From: Squalus acanthias
Lineage: Eukaryota
Length of the DNA: 64,000 nt
Reading direction: 5' to 3'
Assembly: GCA_030390025.1 (NCBI GenBank)
Contig: CM059431.1
Span: 100,442,001-100,506,000 of the forward strand
Below, in pieces: positions 49,221 to 62,381 of the stretch (the first letter of the stretch is position 1; each line of letters starts with the position of its first letter). A model generated the notes under the pieces. It searched no databases. It was not told where the DNA came from and was given only the letters and a program-made list of their open reading frames with translations. The position numbers and the translations under genes are program-made.

Positions 49221-49539
49221 GTCACCCTCGGACAGCATACTTGGCATAGGTTAATTATATGAAAACGTCTTGCAGTTGAATAGTTCTATTTCACACTCAT
49301 AAATCAGAGACAAATCAAAACTCAGTAACTGAGAGCAATCACAATTAATCTACCATTCACAAAAAACTGAACCATTCAAAATCTTTTCATCCACAATGAA
49401 TCAAAACTCAACAATTCCTCAATAACGACTGAGGAAAATCAGAAACAGAACCAAATTGGTCAAAATCGTCTTTTGAAAACGTTCTGACTGTCATTTTTAC
49501 TTCTCACAATCTGAAACTCCAGGTTCGAAATAAAACGCA

Positions 49540-49911
49540 GAGATTTAAAAATTCTCATCCTTGTTTTCAAATCCCTCCATGGCCTCGCCCCCTCCCTATC
49601 TCTGTAACCTCCTCCAGCCCCACAACTCTCCGAGATCTCTGCGTTCCTCCAATTCTGGCCACTTGTGCATCCCCGATTTCCGTCGCTCCACCATTGGTGG
49701 CCGTGCCTTCAGCTGCTGGGCCCTAAACTCTGGAATTCCCTCCCTAAACCTCTCCGCCTCTCTTTCCTCCTTAAAACCTCTCTCTATGACAAAGCATTTG
49801 GTCACCTGTCCTAATATCTCCTTATGTAGCTCGGTGTCTGACACCTTTCCTGTGAAGTGCCTTGGGACGTTATACTATGTTAAAGGCACTATATTAATGC
49901 AACTTGTTGTA
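49540..49911 (+). mobile_element. L2 3' fragment
   Basis: YLCNLLQP..RSLRSSNSGHL..STIGGRAFS. Confidence 0.87.
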
Positions 49912-50579
49912 ATTGGTGAAGGCGGAATGTTTGACGGTGGTTTCTCCAGAAACAAAGCTCCCAACTGTACATTTTTCAAGAGAAAGGCAGAGTTCATGGT
50001 CAAGTAACATGCCAGCAGAAATAAATATATATTTATTAGCGAATTACTGTGATTAAGCATAAAATTACAATAAGGCATGCCGTGATTTTCCTTTATCAGA
50101 CCATCTAGTACCACAACTTCATATCCTTTAGCACAACTCCTGCAATCTTTCATTGCCAGAGGTTGCCACAGGCTCATGTCTGGTTGCCGATAATTAGAAA
50201 GAAAGTTTGTGGCATTTGAGTGTTACAGTATCGCACTTTCTGAGCTCAATATATTGATTATGTAGGCACTTGGAGACTTTCATGTGAGACCACCCAAATC
50301 TCATCTGATAGGTCCAGATGTTTCAGCTTTATCTGTGGTGTCTCAATTCCCTGGGAGGGTGGGGGTGTTGGGGTAGAGGGGGGGAGGGGGAGACGGGGGT
50401 GCGGAGAGGGAGTGGACTTAATCCTAAATTTGGTCTTTTTGAGGTTACCAGATTTTATTCTGATAACACTGATCGTGACCACTGTGGGAACACAATATTC
50501 AACCTGTGTTGAAGTTTAAATGGTGATAGTTCGTACTCCTGCTCTGCAACATAAACAACTTACAGTAAGTCAACACGGA

Positions 50580-51385
50580 CATACATCACATTGAATTTAC
50601 AGCATAGAAACAGGCCATTCGGCCCAACAGGTCTATGCCGGTGGGCAACACGGTGGCATAGTGGTTAGCACTGGTGCCTCACAGCGCCAGGGACCCGGGT
50701 TCGAATCTGACCTCGGGTGACTGTCTGTGTGGAGTTTGCACATTCTCCCCGTGTCTGCGTGGGTTTTCTCCGGGTGCTCCGGTTTCCTCCCACAGTCCAA
50801 AAATGTGCGGGTTAGGTTGATTTGGCTATGATAAATTGACCCTTAGTGTTAGGGGGGGATTAAATATGTGGGGTTATGGGGATAGGATGGGATATGTTAG
50901 GGGGAATTAAATATGTGGGGTTACGGGGGTAGGGTGGGCTATGTGCACTGTGGGGATTAAAGCAGGGACAGGGTACTGGATTTGAATGATCAGCCATGAT
51001 CGTATTGAATGGTGGAGCAGGCTCGACGGGCCGAATGGCCTACTCCTGCTCCTAGATTCTATGTTTCTATGTTATGCTCCACACGAGCCTCCTCCCACCC
51101 TTCTTCATATAACCCTATCAGCATATTTTTTTCTCCCTCATGTACTTATCTAGCATCCTCTTAAATGCATCTATGCTATTCACTTCAACGATTCCATGTG
51201 GTAGCGAGTTCCACATTCTCCCCACTCTCTGAGTAAAGAGGTTTCTCCTGAATTCCTCATTGGATTTGTTAGAGGCGGTCTTATATTTATGGCCCCTAGT
51301 TTTGGACTCTCATCCAAGTGTAAACATCTTCTCTACATCTACCCTATTGAACCCCTTCATAATTTTAAAGACCTCTATAAGGCCA
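50580..51385 (-). mobile_element. CR1 3' fragment hosting an HE1 SINE
   Basis: Matches 6725-6965 on both sides of the insert. Confidence 0.78.
50643..51071 (+). mobile_element. HE1-type V-SINE with CR1-derived tail
   Basis: tRNA head GGTGGCATAGTGGTTAGCACTG..GGTTCGAATC, V domain GTGTGGAGTTTGCACATTCTCCCCGTGTCTGCGTGGGTTT..CCGGTTTCCTCCCACAGTCCAAA, CR1 tail. Confidence 0.88.
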
Positions 51386-51409
51386 CCTTGCACTCTTCCT
51401 CCCCAAGAT

Positions 51410-52085
51410 CATGTACGGAAGAAAGTTAACATGTCGGTACAGCAAGTAATTAGGACAGCAAATGGTATGTTAGCCTTTATTACAAAGGGATTGGCGCAAC
51501 AGTAAAGAAGTCTTACTGCAATTATATAGGGATTCGGTGAGACCACACCTGTCGTACTTTGTACAGTTTTGGTCTCCTTACCTAAGGAAGGATATACTTG
51601 CCTTAGAGAGAGTTCAATGAAGGTTCACTAGACTGGTTCTTGGGATGAGGGGATTGTCCTATGAGGAGAGATTGAGTAGACTATATTCCCTAGAGTTTAG
51701 AAAAATAAGAGGTGATCTCATTGAAAGGTATAAAATTCTTAAGGGCGTGGCAGGGTAGATGCTGGGAAGATGTTTCTCCTGTCTGGGGAGTCTAGAACAA
51801 GGGGTCAGAGTCTCAGAATAAGGGGATCGGCCACTGAGGAGAAATTTCTTCACTCAGAGGGTGGTGAATCTTTGGAATTCTCTACCCCAGAGGGCTGTGG
51901 ACGCTCAGTCATTGAGTATATTCACGACAGAGACAGATAGAGGTTGGATAGCAGAGGACTCAAGTGATATAGGGATCGGCCGGGAAAGTGGAATTGAGGT
52001 CGAAGATCAGCCATGATCTTATTGAATGGCGGAGCAGGCTCAATGGGCCGAATGGCCTACTCCTGCTCCTATTTCTTATGTTCTG
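51410..52085 (+). mobile_element. CR1 3' fragment
   Basis: ANGMLAFITKG and downstream CR1 motifs, plus tail. Confidence 0.88.
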
Positions 52086-52387
52086 TTATCCACTAAACTT
52101 CAGGCGAAATGACAAATACAAAAATGTTTTTAAGAGAATAAAAGGTTTTTGGGGTAAATTATAGTAAATTTTAATCCAAATTCAAAGAACAAATTTACGG
52201 CTGTAATTAAACAATGGCAGGGGACAGAGAATTTCATGAGTTGAAAATGTCTGTGGTCCAAATAGGGAATACTTCAGTATTCTCAGTTGAAGCTTAAAAA
52301 AAAGGGTTGTTTTTGTATGATTACAAATAATCTTTAGGGAGAAAAAAAAAGTTGAGTGAGAAAAAAATGCTGGCGACTAATTATTGA

Positions 52388-52853
52388 AAAGAGAAACGAA
52401 AGACTTGCATTTCTATAGCGCCTTTCATGACCACCCAACGTCCCAAAGTGCTTTACAGCCAATGAAGAAATTTTTGAAGTGTAGTCACTGTTGTAATGTG
52501 GGAAACGCGGCAGCCAATTTGCACACAGCAAGATCCCACAAACAGCAATGTGATAATGACCAGATAGCCAGTTTTATTGATGTTGGTTGAGGGATAAATA
52601 TTGGCCCCAGGACACCGGGGATAACTCCCCTGCTCTTCTTCGAAATATTGCCATGGGATCTTTTACATCCACCTGAGCGAGCAGACGGGGCCTCGGTTTA
52701 ACGTCTCATCCGAAAGACGGCACCTCCCACAGTGCAGCACTCCCTCGGCACTGCACTGGAGTGTCGGCCTAGATTTATGTGCTCAAGTCCCGGGAGTGAG
52801 ACTTGAACCCACAACCTTCTGACGAGAGTGCTACCCACTGAGCCACAGCTGAG
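52388..52853 (-). mobile_element. Full-length Deu-SINE
   Basis: Family match. Confidence 0.88.
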
Positions 52854-53371
52854 ACCGATGATGGAAACATTTTAATCTTATTGGACTTTTGGCAAATGAC
52901 AGGAGATCCCAGGTCAGTGCATCATCTCATAAGTTGGCTCCTAAAGGTTACGGATTAATCCTCTTAATAAGGAATGTTAACAGTAGAGATGTCATTTTCC
53001 ACATCTGTAAAACCAGAGGGAGCACTCAAATGGAAACAAATGGCAGCAAGATAAGCGTTTTTTTATTGCTCCTACAATCACACCTCCCAAGTGTAGTGAC
53101 TGATACTGCTGACGGAAGCAGTGAAAAGGGCGAAGCTCTTTCAAGTGCTTTGGCACATCCTATGTTTTATACACATTCATTAGGAACACCCAATAGGGTG
53201 GAGAGGTAAGGATCGCTGACACCAGTACAAAAACAGAGCTAAGCAGGAACCCCTATAATTACCTTGTCTTTTCTTTAATTAAAAGCATCCCTCTTTTTGA
53301 GGTACCTTTTGGGTCAATGATGATCCTTTGCTAATTTTCCCCCATCCCCTCCTTAAAGCAACGACTCAAAA

Positions 53372-53604
53372 AAGAATGAAAGACTTGCATGTCTATAGCT
53401 CCTTTCATGACCTCAGGACGTCCCAAAGTGCTTTACAGCCAATGAAGTACTTTTTGAAGTGTAGTCACTGTTGTAATGTGGGAAACGCGGCAGCCAACTG
53501 CGCACAGCAAGCTCCCACAAGTAGCAATGTGATAATGACCAGATAATCTGTTTTTGTTATGTTGATTGAGGGATAAATATTGGCCAGGACACCGGGGAGA
53601 ACTC
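53372..53604 (-). mobile_element. Deu-SINE 3' half
   Basis: Family match. Confidence 0.85.
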
Positions 53605-53723
53605 AGTGCTGTGATAGCTTACCACAGGTGCCATAAGTCCAAAGGGAGCTAATTTAGAACATAATTTTCACAATATAAGCACAATGTTAGCCAAGAAAGT
53701 GTTTACATTTTACAAGTTTTTAC

Positions 53724-54153
53724 AGTGTCAGCCGTGGCTCGAGTCCCACTCCCAGAGACTTCAGCACAAGAATCTAGGCTGACACTTCAGTGCAGTGCTG
53801 AGGGAGTGCTGCACTGTCAGAGGTGCCGTCTTTCGGATGAGATGTTAAACCGAGGCCTCGTCTGCTCCCTCGGCTGGATGTAAAGGATCCCACGGCACTA
53901 TTTCGAAGAAGAGCAGGGAAGTTCTCCCCAGTGTCCTGGGGCCAATATTTATCCCTCAATCAACATAACAAAAACAGATGATCTGGTCATTATCACATTG
54001 CTGTGTGTGGGAGCTTGCTGTGTGTAAATTGGCTGCCACGATTCCGACATTACAACAGTGACTACACTTCAAAAGTACTTCATTGGCTGTAAAGCACTTT
54101 GGGACGTCCTGAGGTCATGAAAGGAGTTGTAGAAATACAAGACTTTCTTTCTT
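53724..54153 (+). mobile_element. Deu-SINE with head deletion
   Basis: Family match; A-B box interval collapsed. Confidence 0.85.
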
Positions 54154-54429
54154 TTAAAATGCTGGTCTGTGTTCAATATTTGAATTTCGGACTTGAAGTA
54201 ATCTGAATGTGAAGGAAGCGCTCATCCCCACTGTACAATCTTATGTTGCCATAGTAAGTTACTTACTTTTTTGCTTTTGTAAGTGAATATAAAATTTTAT
54301 TTCATTACCTATCCTACAGCTTAAAGGCCACTTGCTGGGAAAGACTGTCTACCTGCAATTATAATCGAACAACAGTCCTAACATATCATCCAAGCTGCAT
54401 GAAGAGACTACCTGAAGTCAGTCTCAACT

Positions 54430-54735
54430 GTTTCCAATGGCTGAAGGGTCGATGACGAGAGGGCACAGTTTTAAGATAATTTGCAAAAGAACCAGAGGCG
54501 ACATGAGCAAAAAACTTTTTTACGCAGCGAGTGGTTAGGATTTGGAATGCGCTGCCTGATTGGGTGGTGGATACAGATTCAATAAAAGCCTTCAAAGAGA
54601 ATTGGATAAATACTTGAAGGAGAAAAAATTGCAGGGATATGGGGAAAGAGCGAGGGAGTGGGACTAACTGGATTGCTCTTTGAAAGAGCCGGCACAGATT
54701 CAATGGGCCGAATGTGCTGCATGATTCTATGATTC
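54430..54735 (+). mobile_element. CR1 3' fragment
   Basis: TTTTTTACGCAGCGAGTGGTTAGGATTTGGAATGCGCTGCCTGA. Confidence 0.85.
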
Positions 54736-55361
54736 AAAGATGGCCATTAAATAGGTTTCATTGTAACTGTATTTAACTTTTCTTCAGTATATGATCCTAG
54801 ACCTTAAAATCTATCTACATTATTAAAAATCTCATCCTTGTAGTCAGCCTCTAACATACTGATCAGCCCAAGCTATCTACGTGACATCGCACACCAATCA
54901 GATCCCAGCATTGGTCCATGTGACATCACACGCATTTTTCAGCCTCCATGACAGTTCCTCATTTCTCCCGCTCGGATAGTCCTCTATCCGAGACAGTTAA
55001 TCTACTCTGTCAGGATTTTGTTTCCTCCCAGGTACAACACTGCCACCCCCCCACACAATCCCATGCCCCAGCTCCAGTGTCGCGCTCTCATGAAGGGGCC
55101 CTCCCTGACTGCTCCATCCCCTCTGTTTTCTACCTCTTCAGGCCCACCCAAAGTGCCTCAGCTCCACTCCCTCTCCCCCATCAAGGTCTGCCTCTAGTAC
55201 TCAGGCTGTGGCTCTGCACCCTTGAAACAAACCCAGCTCCAGTACTCCAGCTTAGTCGCCATATCCCCAGTCCAACCCCCAATGAAGCAGGCAGCCCCCT
55301 GTCCAACCTGACTGAGTGCAGGCAGCCTCTCCAATCCTATTCAATTCTCAAGGAGAACTCA

Positions 55362-55595
55362 TCTGCTCTTCTTTGAGTATTGTTGTGGGATCTTTTACAT
55401 CCACCTGAGAGGGCAGACGGGGCCTCGGTTTAACGTCTCATCCGAAAGACGGCACCTCCAACAGTGCAGCACTCCCTCGGTACTGCACTGGGAGTGTCAG
55501 CCTAGATATTTGTGCTCAAGTCTCTGGAGTGGGACTTGAACCCACGACCTTCTGACTCAGAGGCGAGAGAGTGCTGCCCACTGAGCCATGGCTGT
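55362..55595 (-). mobile_element. Deu-SINE 5' half
   Basis: Family match. Confidence 0.85.
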
Positions 55596-55959
55596 TATAT
55601 GATGGAGAGTAAACATTGTTTGCATCAGTTTAGCTCAGATGGTAGGACCCTTGTTTCTAGTAGATGTAAGTTCAACCCACAACAGGATGGGCAGGACAGA
55701 CCCAGGGATGGTGAAGGAGAAGGAAAAGGCTGGGATACTGGCTGATAGATATGATCCTGTAATTATGACTATGCCAGGCTGTTGCTTGAATACTTTGTGA
55801 GGCAGTTCTTTCAACTTAGGCTCCTTGTCTTCAGACGCTAGTGAGGACATTGCAGGGTTGGCTGGGCTGAGATTTCCCCAAGTCTTGTCTGGGCCGTTGC
55901 CAATAGGTCCAGACAATATTATCCCCCTTATTTTTGTAATTGGTAGTGATTGTTTACAA

Positions 55960-56250
55960 CTAAGCAAGGGCATTAAGAGTTAACCAATTAGTGTGGACTG
56001 GAATTACGTGTCAGCCAGACTGGAGGTAGGGCTGGTAGACTTCCTTGCCTGAAGAACACTAGTGAACCAGTTGGGTTGTTACGACAATCCAGCTTTCATG
56101 CCAACACCACAAATCATAGAACCATATAGCACAGAAGGAGGCCATCGTGCCTGTGCTGGATCAGATCTATTAAATTCAATTTCACAATTTACCTTGATGG
56201 TACTTAAAGGGACAGCCTCTGAGTTGCTAGTTCAGTGCTAGGCTACCATA
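55960..56250 (-). mobile_element. Degraded Meta-domain SINE
   Basis: CACTAGTGAACCAGTTGGGTTGTTACGACAATCCAG resembles 24835-24870. Confidence 0.55.
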
Positions 56251-57354
56251 TTGAGATTGAAGGCAACAAAAATAAAGCACTAAACTGTGCACAAGAGATT
56301 AAACAAAAAATATGGAAATGCACCAGTTAAGAATCAACTCGAACCCTCTTTATTTTTAAGAGTAATCCTTGTCTACTTATAATTACGGGGTAACTATAAC
56401 TTCTAAGGCCTTGAATTTATTTCAGTGAGAGAGACAACTGAGACATCGTGTTTGCATCAGCTTTCGTGGGCAACAATAGTTACAGGTGTTTAAGGTGTGG
56501 TTTAAAATGTGTGCAGCTCATAGATAGCCCAGACAGGTAATTATATTACAAAAGCAATTTGCTGGAATAAATGCTACTTTCACAACCTGACAAATGACAA
56601 CATTCACAGTCAACGGAAACCTCAACAAAAGTGCACATACACCTATCTGTTTGTACAGATGACCTTTAAATCTCAGATGCACTGGTCTTGTCTGCTGTGT
56701 GAATCCTATAGTACCTTACAGCTCAACAAACATAGCTCCCAGCACTCAGTACCCAAGCAGTAATTAGGCAACGTGTCCCTAATCCAGCAAGGGAAAGTAT
56801 GTTGCCGAGATCATGGAATTTCTATGGAAAAATATTAACAGCAGACGAAAAGCATGGAAGTCAAAGGAAAAACAGAATTTTCAATGTCTCGACGGAAGAA
56901 ATCAAAAACATCCTTAGCCACAGCCAGCATCTGTGTACAATACTCACCGAGCCACCTCAGAACACTGGATGCTGGAAGAGAAAAGTGGCCTCAACTCACC
57001 CACACATTATGGGCGTCTTCAAGTGTGATCTCAATCAGGTTTTCAGAACTCCTTGAACAGCTGAACGAGTTATTAATACACTAGACGGACTGGAATTACA
57101 AACGTTTGGCATTCCAATCCATTATTCTGCCACAAAAGAGTAGTGGTGTTTTTTTTAAAAAATCCGTGGAATGATACAGCACAGAAGGAGGCCATTCGAC
57201 CCATCGTGCTGGATTTAACGCCCCCATTGACACGGCTGGCTAACGCAGTGCTTGGCTGAACCATACAGACCAGAAAGATTCCTAGTTTTGATCCCATGTT
57301 TAGTGCTAGTTTTAGCTGATGCTCCCAGAGAGTAGTGAGCCTCTGGAATACATT

Positions 57355-58347
57355 GAAAGAAAGACTTGCATTTATATATCGCCTTTCACGACCACCGGAC
57401 ATCCCAAGGCGCTTTACAGCCAATGAAGTATTGTTGAAGTGTAGTCACGGATGTCATGTAGGAAACGCGGCAGCCAATTTGCACACAGCAAGCTCACACA
57501 AACAGCAATGTGATAATGACCAGATAATGTTTTTTGTTATGTTGATTGAGGGATAAATATTGGCCCAGGACACTGGGGATAACTCCCCTGCTCTTCTTCG
57601 AAATAGTGGCCATGGGATCTTTTACGTCCACCTGAGAATAGACGGGGCCTCGGTTTAACGTCTCATCCGAAAGACGGCACCTCCGACAGTGCGTACAGTT
57701 TTGGTCTCCTTATTTAAGGAAGGATATACTTGCATTGGAGGCAGTTCAGAGACGATTCACTAGGTTAATTCCAGAGATGAGGGGGTTGACTTATGAAGCA
57801 AGGTTGAGCCTATACTCATTGGAATTTAGAAGAATGAGAGGTGATCTTATTGAAACACACAAGATACTGAGGGGGCTCGACAAGGTAGATGCAGAGAGGA
57901 TGTTTCCCCTCGTGGGGAAATCTAGAACTCGGGGGCACAGTTTCAGAATAAAGGGTCACCCTTTTAGAACTGAGATGAGGAGGAATTTCTTCTCTCAGAG
58001 GGTCATAAATCTGTGGAATTCTCTGCCCCAGAGAGCCGTGGAGGCTGGGTCATTGAATATATTTAAGGTGGAGATAGACAGATTTTTGCAAGATAAGGGA
58101 GTGAAGAGTTATGGGGAGTGGGCAGGGAAGTGGCTTTGAGCACAAGATCAGCCATGATCTTATTGAATGGCGGAGCAGGCTCGATGGGGCCAAGTGGCCT
58201 ATTCCTGCTCCTATTTCTTATGTTCTTATGCAGCATTCCCTCAGTACTGCACTGGAGTGTCAGCCAAGATTTTTGTGCTCAAGTCTCTGGAGCGGGACTT
58301 GAACCCACAACCTTCTGACTCAAGAGGCGAGGGTGCTGCCCACTGAG
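57355..58347 (-). mobile_element. Deu-SINE split by a CR1 insertion
   Basis: SINE breaks at CTCCGACAGTGC (57692) and resumes TGCAGCATTCCCTCAG (58229). Confidence 0.88.
57693..58228 (+). mobile_element. CR1 3' fragment nested in a SINE
   Basis: ORF 57735-58139 plus tail. Confidence 0.9.
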
Positions 58348-58374
58348 CCCCGGTGGGTGCTGACACTCTGCACT

Positions 58375-58697
58375 GCCTTCAAGAGGGAACTAGACTGGTT
58401 CCTGGCTGGGGCAGAGATCGCATCATACAGAAGGTAAGTGTCTTCGCAGATAACACTTGATCTGTGTGATCTCCTGATTCGATTGCCTGAGGGGGTTGGA
58501 GAGGAATTTTCCCAGAGTATTTTTTCCCCTTATTGGCCCCAGGTTTTTCGCCTCTCCCAAGAGATTACATGGCTGCAGAAGGGGTGGGGGAGGGAGAGGG
58601 AGGAGGTATCTGGTCACGATGCTCCGGCCATCATGAGTGTGGGGCAGATGTGATGGACCAGGTGGTCTATTCCTGCCCATCAATGTTTGTTTTATGG
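58375..58697 (+). mobile_element. Divergent CR1-clade 3' end with long UTR
   Basis: Homologous to 16040-16448. Confidence 0.55.
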
Positions 58698-58794
58698 TGC
58701 CGATAACAGTACAGCTAGCTTCAGTGCCCCAGAGTGAGGGAGAGAACATTAAAAAAAAATCAGCCAGCATCAATTCCTACTCCTGATCGCTGTC

Positions 58795-59488
58795 TAACCG
58801 CCTATTTCCACCTCCATAACATCGCCCGTCTCCGCCCTTGCCTCAGCTCATCCGCTGCTGAAACCCTCATCCATGCCTTTGTTACCTCTAGACTTGACTA
58901 TTCCAACGCTCTCCTGGCTGGCCTCCCACATTCCACCCTACGTAAACTTGAGGTCATCCAAAACTCGGCTGCCCGTGTCCTAACTCGCACCAAGTTCCGT
59001 TCGCCCATCTCCCCTGTGCTCGCTGACCTACATTGGCTCCTGGTTAAGCAGCGCCTCGATTTCAAAATTCTCATCCTTGTTTGCAAATCCCTCCATGGCC
59101 TCGCCCCTCCCCATCCCTGTAATCTCCTTCAGCCCAACAACCTCCCGCCCCCAGCCCCGAAATATCTGCGCTCCTCTAATTCTGCCCTCTTGAGCATCCC
59201 TGATTATAATCGCTCAACCTTTGGTGGCCGTGCCTTCTGTTGCCCTAAGCTCTGGAATTCCCTGCCTAAACCTCTCTACCTCTCTCTCCTCCTTTAAGAC
59301 GCTCCTTAAAACCTACCTCTTTGACCAAGCTTTTGGTCACCTGCCCTAATTTCTCCTTATGTGGCTCGGTCTCAAATTTTCTGTCTTTTAATACTCCTGT
59401 GAAGCGCCTTGGGACGTTTTACTACGTTAAAGGTGCCGTTATAAATACAAGGTGTTGTTGTTGTTATATAAATACAAGTTGTTGTTGT
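58795..59488 (+). mobile_element. L2 LINE 3' fragment
   Basis: ORF 58734-59297 ETLIHAFVTSRLDYSNALLAG..IQNSAARVL..PVLADLHWL, the L2 signature. Confidence 0.93.
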
Positions 59489-60029
59489 AGAGACTGTGTT
59501 TGGATTTGCATGCACATGTCCACAAGTGTCAGGTGAGGAGAGGATCTGGTTCGCTAGGCTGCTCCCAGCATTGAAAACACCGACCGACACTCAGGGTGAT
59601 TTTAACCCTACTCACTCAGCAGAAACCTGGCGGGTGGGCAGTTAAAATCGCCCCTGGCTCTTACCTGCCCGAAAGTCGCCATGATCGCAACATCAGCAAT
59701 TTTAACCTGCTCTCCTGAGCGGGCAGTAAGGACAGGCGCCTGGAGCCAACAGGGTCCTTCTTTACATATGCATGTTGCGGCTCGATGACATCATTGAGAC
59801 CCGACTGTAATTTTAACTCGGGCCTGAGCGGGGAATCCACCTGGTGTTACAATCTAGACACACATGTGAAGGTTGGTCGCTTGGACGAGGTACTGGAGGG
59901 TAAGCGATGTCTCCAGGACTCTTCACTATGGAGTATGGTGCTGATTCAACTACACAGCTAAAATAGGATATTTGGGCCTCACGTGAAGGCTGTCATCTGA
60001 ATAAACAGCATACTGTTGATAGACTACAA

Positions 60030-60551
60030 AGAACAGGAGGAGGCCATTGAGCCCCTCGAACCTGCTCTGCCATTCAATGAGATATGCGAACTTACTCAAT
60101 ATACCCGCCTTTGGCCCATAAAAATAATAAGCTTTCAATCTCACCCTTTGTGTGTAGAAATGTTTCCTAATTTCGCTCCTAAAAGGTCTGGCTCTAATTT
60201 TTAGACTATGCCCCCTAGTCCTAGAATCCCCAACTAGCGGAAATAGTTTCTCTCTATCGACCCTATCTGTTCCCCTTAATATCTTGAAAACTTCGATCAG
60301 ATCACCCCTTAACCTTCTAAATTCCAGGGAATGCAACCCTAGTTTGTGTAATCTCTCCTCGTAACTTAACCCTTGAAGCATTCTGGTAAACCTACGCTGC
60401 CCTCCCTCCAAGGCCAATATATCCTTCCTAAGGTGCGGTGCCCAGAACTGCTCACAGTGCTCCAGGTGTGGTCTAACCAGGGTTTTTATAGCCGCAGCAT
60501 AACTTCTACCCCCTTGTATTCTAGTCCTCTAGATATAAAAGCCAGCATTAC
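60030..60551 (-). mobile_element. CR1 3' fragment
   Basis: ORF 59950-60417. Confidence 0.88.
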
Positions 60552-61574
60552 ATGGTCTAATATTTGGACAAAAGTTGACTGCTACATTCTACTATAAAAG
60601 AATGATAACTTTCACTTTAATGCGTGCAGAAGATTGATGAATTCGTCAGTCGTACTTCCTCATTTTAATTTTTCTAGCGATAAATTTCACCACTATTTTC
60701 CTTTCTCCCACTCAGCTGATTCACTGAGACTTATTCCAAACTCCAATTTGGCAGCTCATTTTTTTTTTAGGAAGTACTGATTGGAGGTTGGGAATTGAGT
60801 GTATGGTTCACAACGCGCTGGAGAGGGGCAGAGTGCAGAAAGAACTCCTGTGAACGAGGTCGAGAAAAAGCATGAACTTTTGTCATACATTTTAGGTATC
60901 TGCAAATTTTGCTTGGGGAGAGGGCTTGATGCCTGTGATCTTTCCTCAGTCTTGAATCCTGCAGTGTTTTACGTACAACACCATTCACTTGCCCAAAGGT
61001 GATGGGCTGCACATCAGCCTCGACGGGACCGTATCTCAGCTGCAGCAAGTGCCTCCGTAGGTTTCCATGACTCTCGGCTAACCTTCCGGTCCTTGATCCC
61101 AATCAAGAGGCACCCGAGCCTAGAAAATTCAGTTCCAAACTATTACCGGACATTTTAAGTCTCAGATGTCACATTACGCTACATATTCTGGCAAATGGCA
61201 CCCCCCCCCTCCCCCCCACAAGGACTGAAAAGGACAGCCAAGCAGAATGGAAAGTTACAGAGCCCATTGCTACTAAGAGAGCCTGTAGCTGCGGCATAGC
61301 TCGGTGGAGGTCGATCTCCAACCCACCCTCTTGAGACTTGGGCAGGGAAGGTGAATGGTACAGGACTGATGAGATTTGAAACGTCCGATCTGTACCCACA
61401 CTTCAGACAACAAGCTTGTGGAACTAAATTTGCACATTCTGGTTGATCAAATTAATGGAACATAACTTAGCGTGTACTGCTTCTTCAGCCGCTAAATAAA
61501 ATCACTTGCGTTGATAATTTGGAGCGGGTTTGATTTCTTAACTATGTTTATAATGCTGCTGATAAAAATAACCA

Positions 61575-61850
61575 CATGGACAGACTGGAGAAGCTGGGGT
61601 TGTTCTCCTTAGAGCAGAGAAGGTTGAGAGGAGATTTGATAGAGGTGTTCAAAATCATGAGGGGTCTAGACAGAGTAGATAGAGAGAAACTGTTCCCTTT
61701 GGCAGAAGGGTCGAGAACCAGAGGTCACAGATTCAAGGTGATTGACAGAAGAACCAAAGGCGACACGAAAAAAAACCTTTTTAGGCAGCGAGTGGTTAGG
61801 ATCTGGAATGCGCTGCCTGAGAGGGTGGTGGAGGCAGATTCAATCGTGGC
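61575..61850 (+). mobile_element. CR1 fragment
   Basis: ORF 61576-61893. Confidence 0.88.
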
Positions 61851-61907
61851 ACAACAAACCACTGTTCTTTTCCTACAAATGTTGAAATGGTGATAATTAT
61901 TCTACTA

Positions 61908-62381
61908 CAGTGTCAGCTGTGGCTCAGTGGGTAGCCCACTCGCCTCTGAGTCAGAAGGTTGTGGGTTCAAGTCCCACTCCAGGCACTTGAGCACATAAAG
62001 CTAGGCCGACATTCCAGTACAGTGCTGAGGGAGTGCTGCACTGTCGGAGGTGCCGTCTTTTGGATGAGGCGTTAAACCGAGGCCCCGTCTGCCCTCTCAG
62101 GTGGATGTAAAAAATCCCATGGCCACTATTTTGAAGAGCAGGGGAGTTATCCCCGGTGTCCTGGGGCCAATATTTATCCCTCAACCAACATCACTAAAAC
62201 AGATTATCTGGTCATTATCACATTGCTGTTTGTGGGAGCTTGCTGTGCGCAAATTGGCTGCCGCGTTTCCCACATTACAACAGCGACTATACTTCAAAAT
62301 AGTACTTCATTGGCTGTAAAGCGCTTTGAGACGTCCGGTGGTCATGAAAGGCGCCATAGAAATGCAAGTCTTTCTTTCTTT
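61908..62381 (+). mobile_element. Full-length Deu-SINE
   Basis: Family match. Confidence 0.9.

Noticed and set aside
57230..57330. Possible head of another old tRNA-SINE (also ~1550-1640 and ~55620-55700)
   Set aside because: Too short and degraded to assign by eye
60767..61130. 111-aa minus-strand ORF as a gene or exon
   Set aside because: No recognisable motif or PCCA similarity; it may be an old retroelement remnant but I cannot support that
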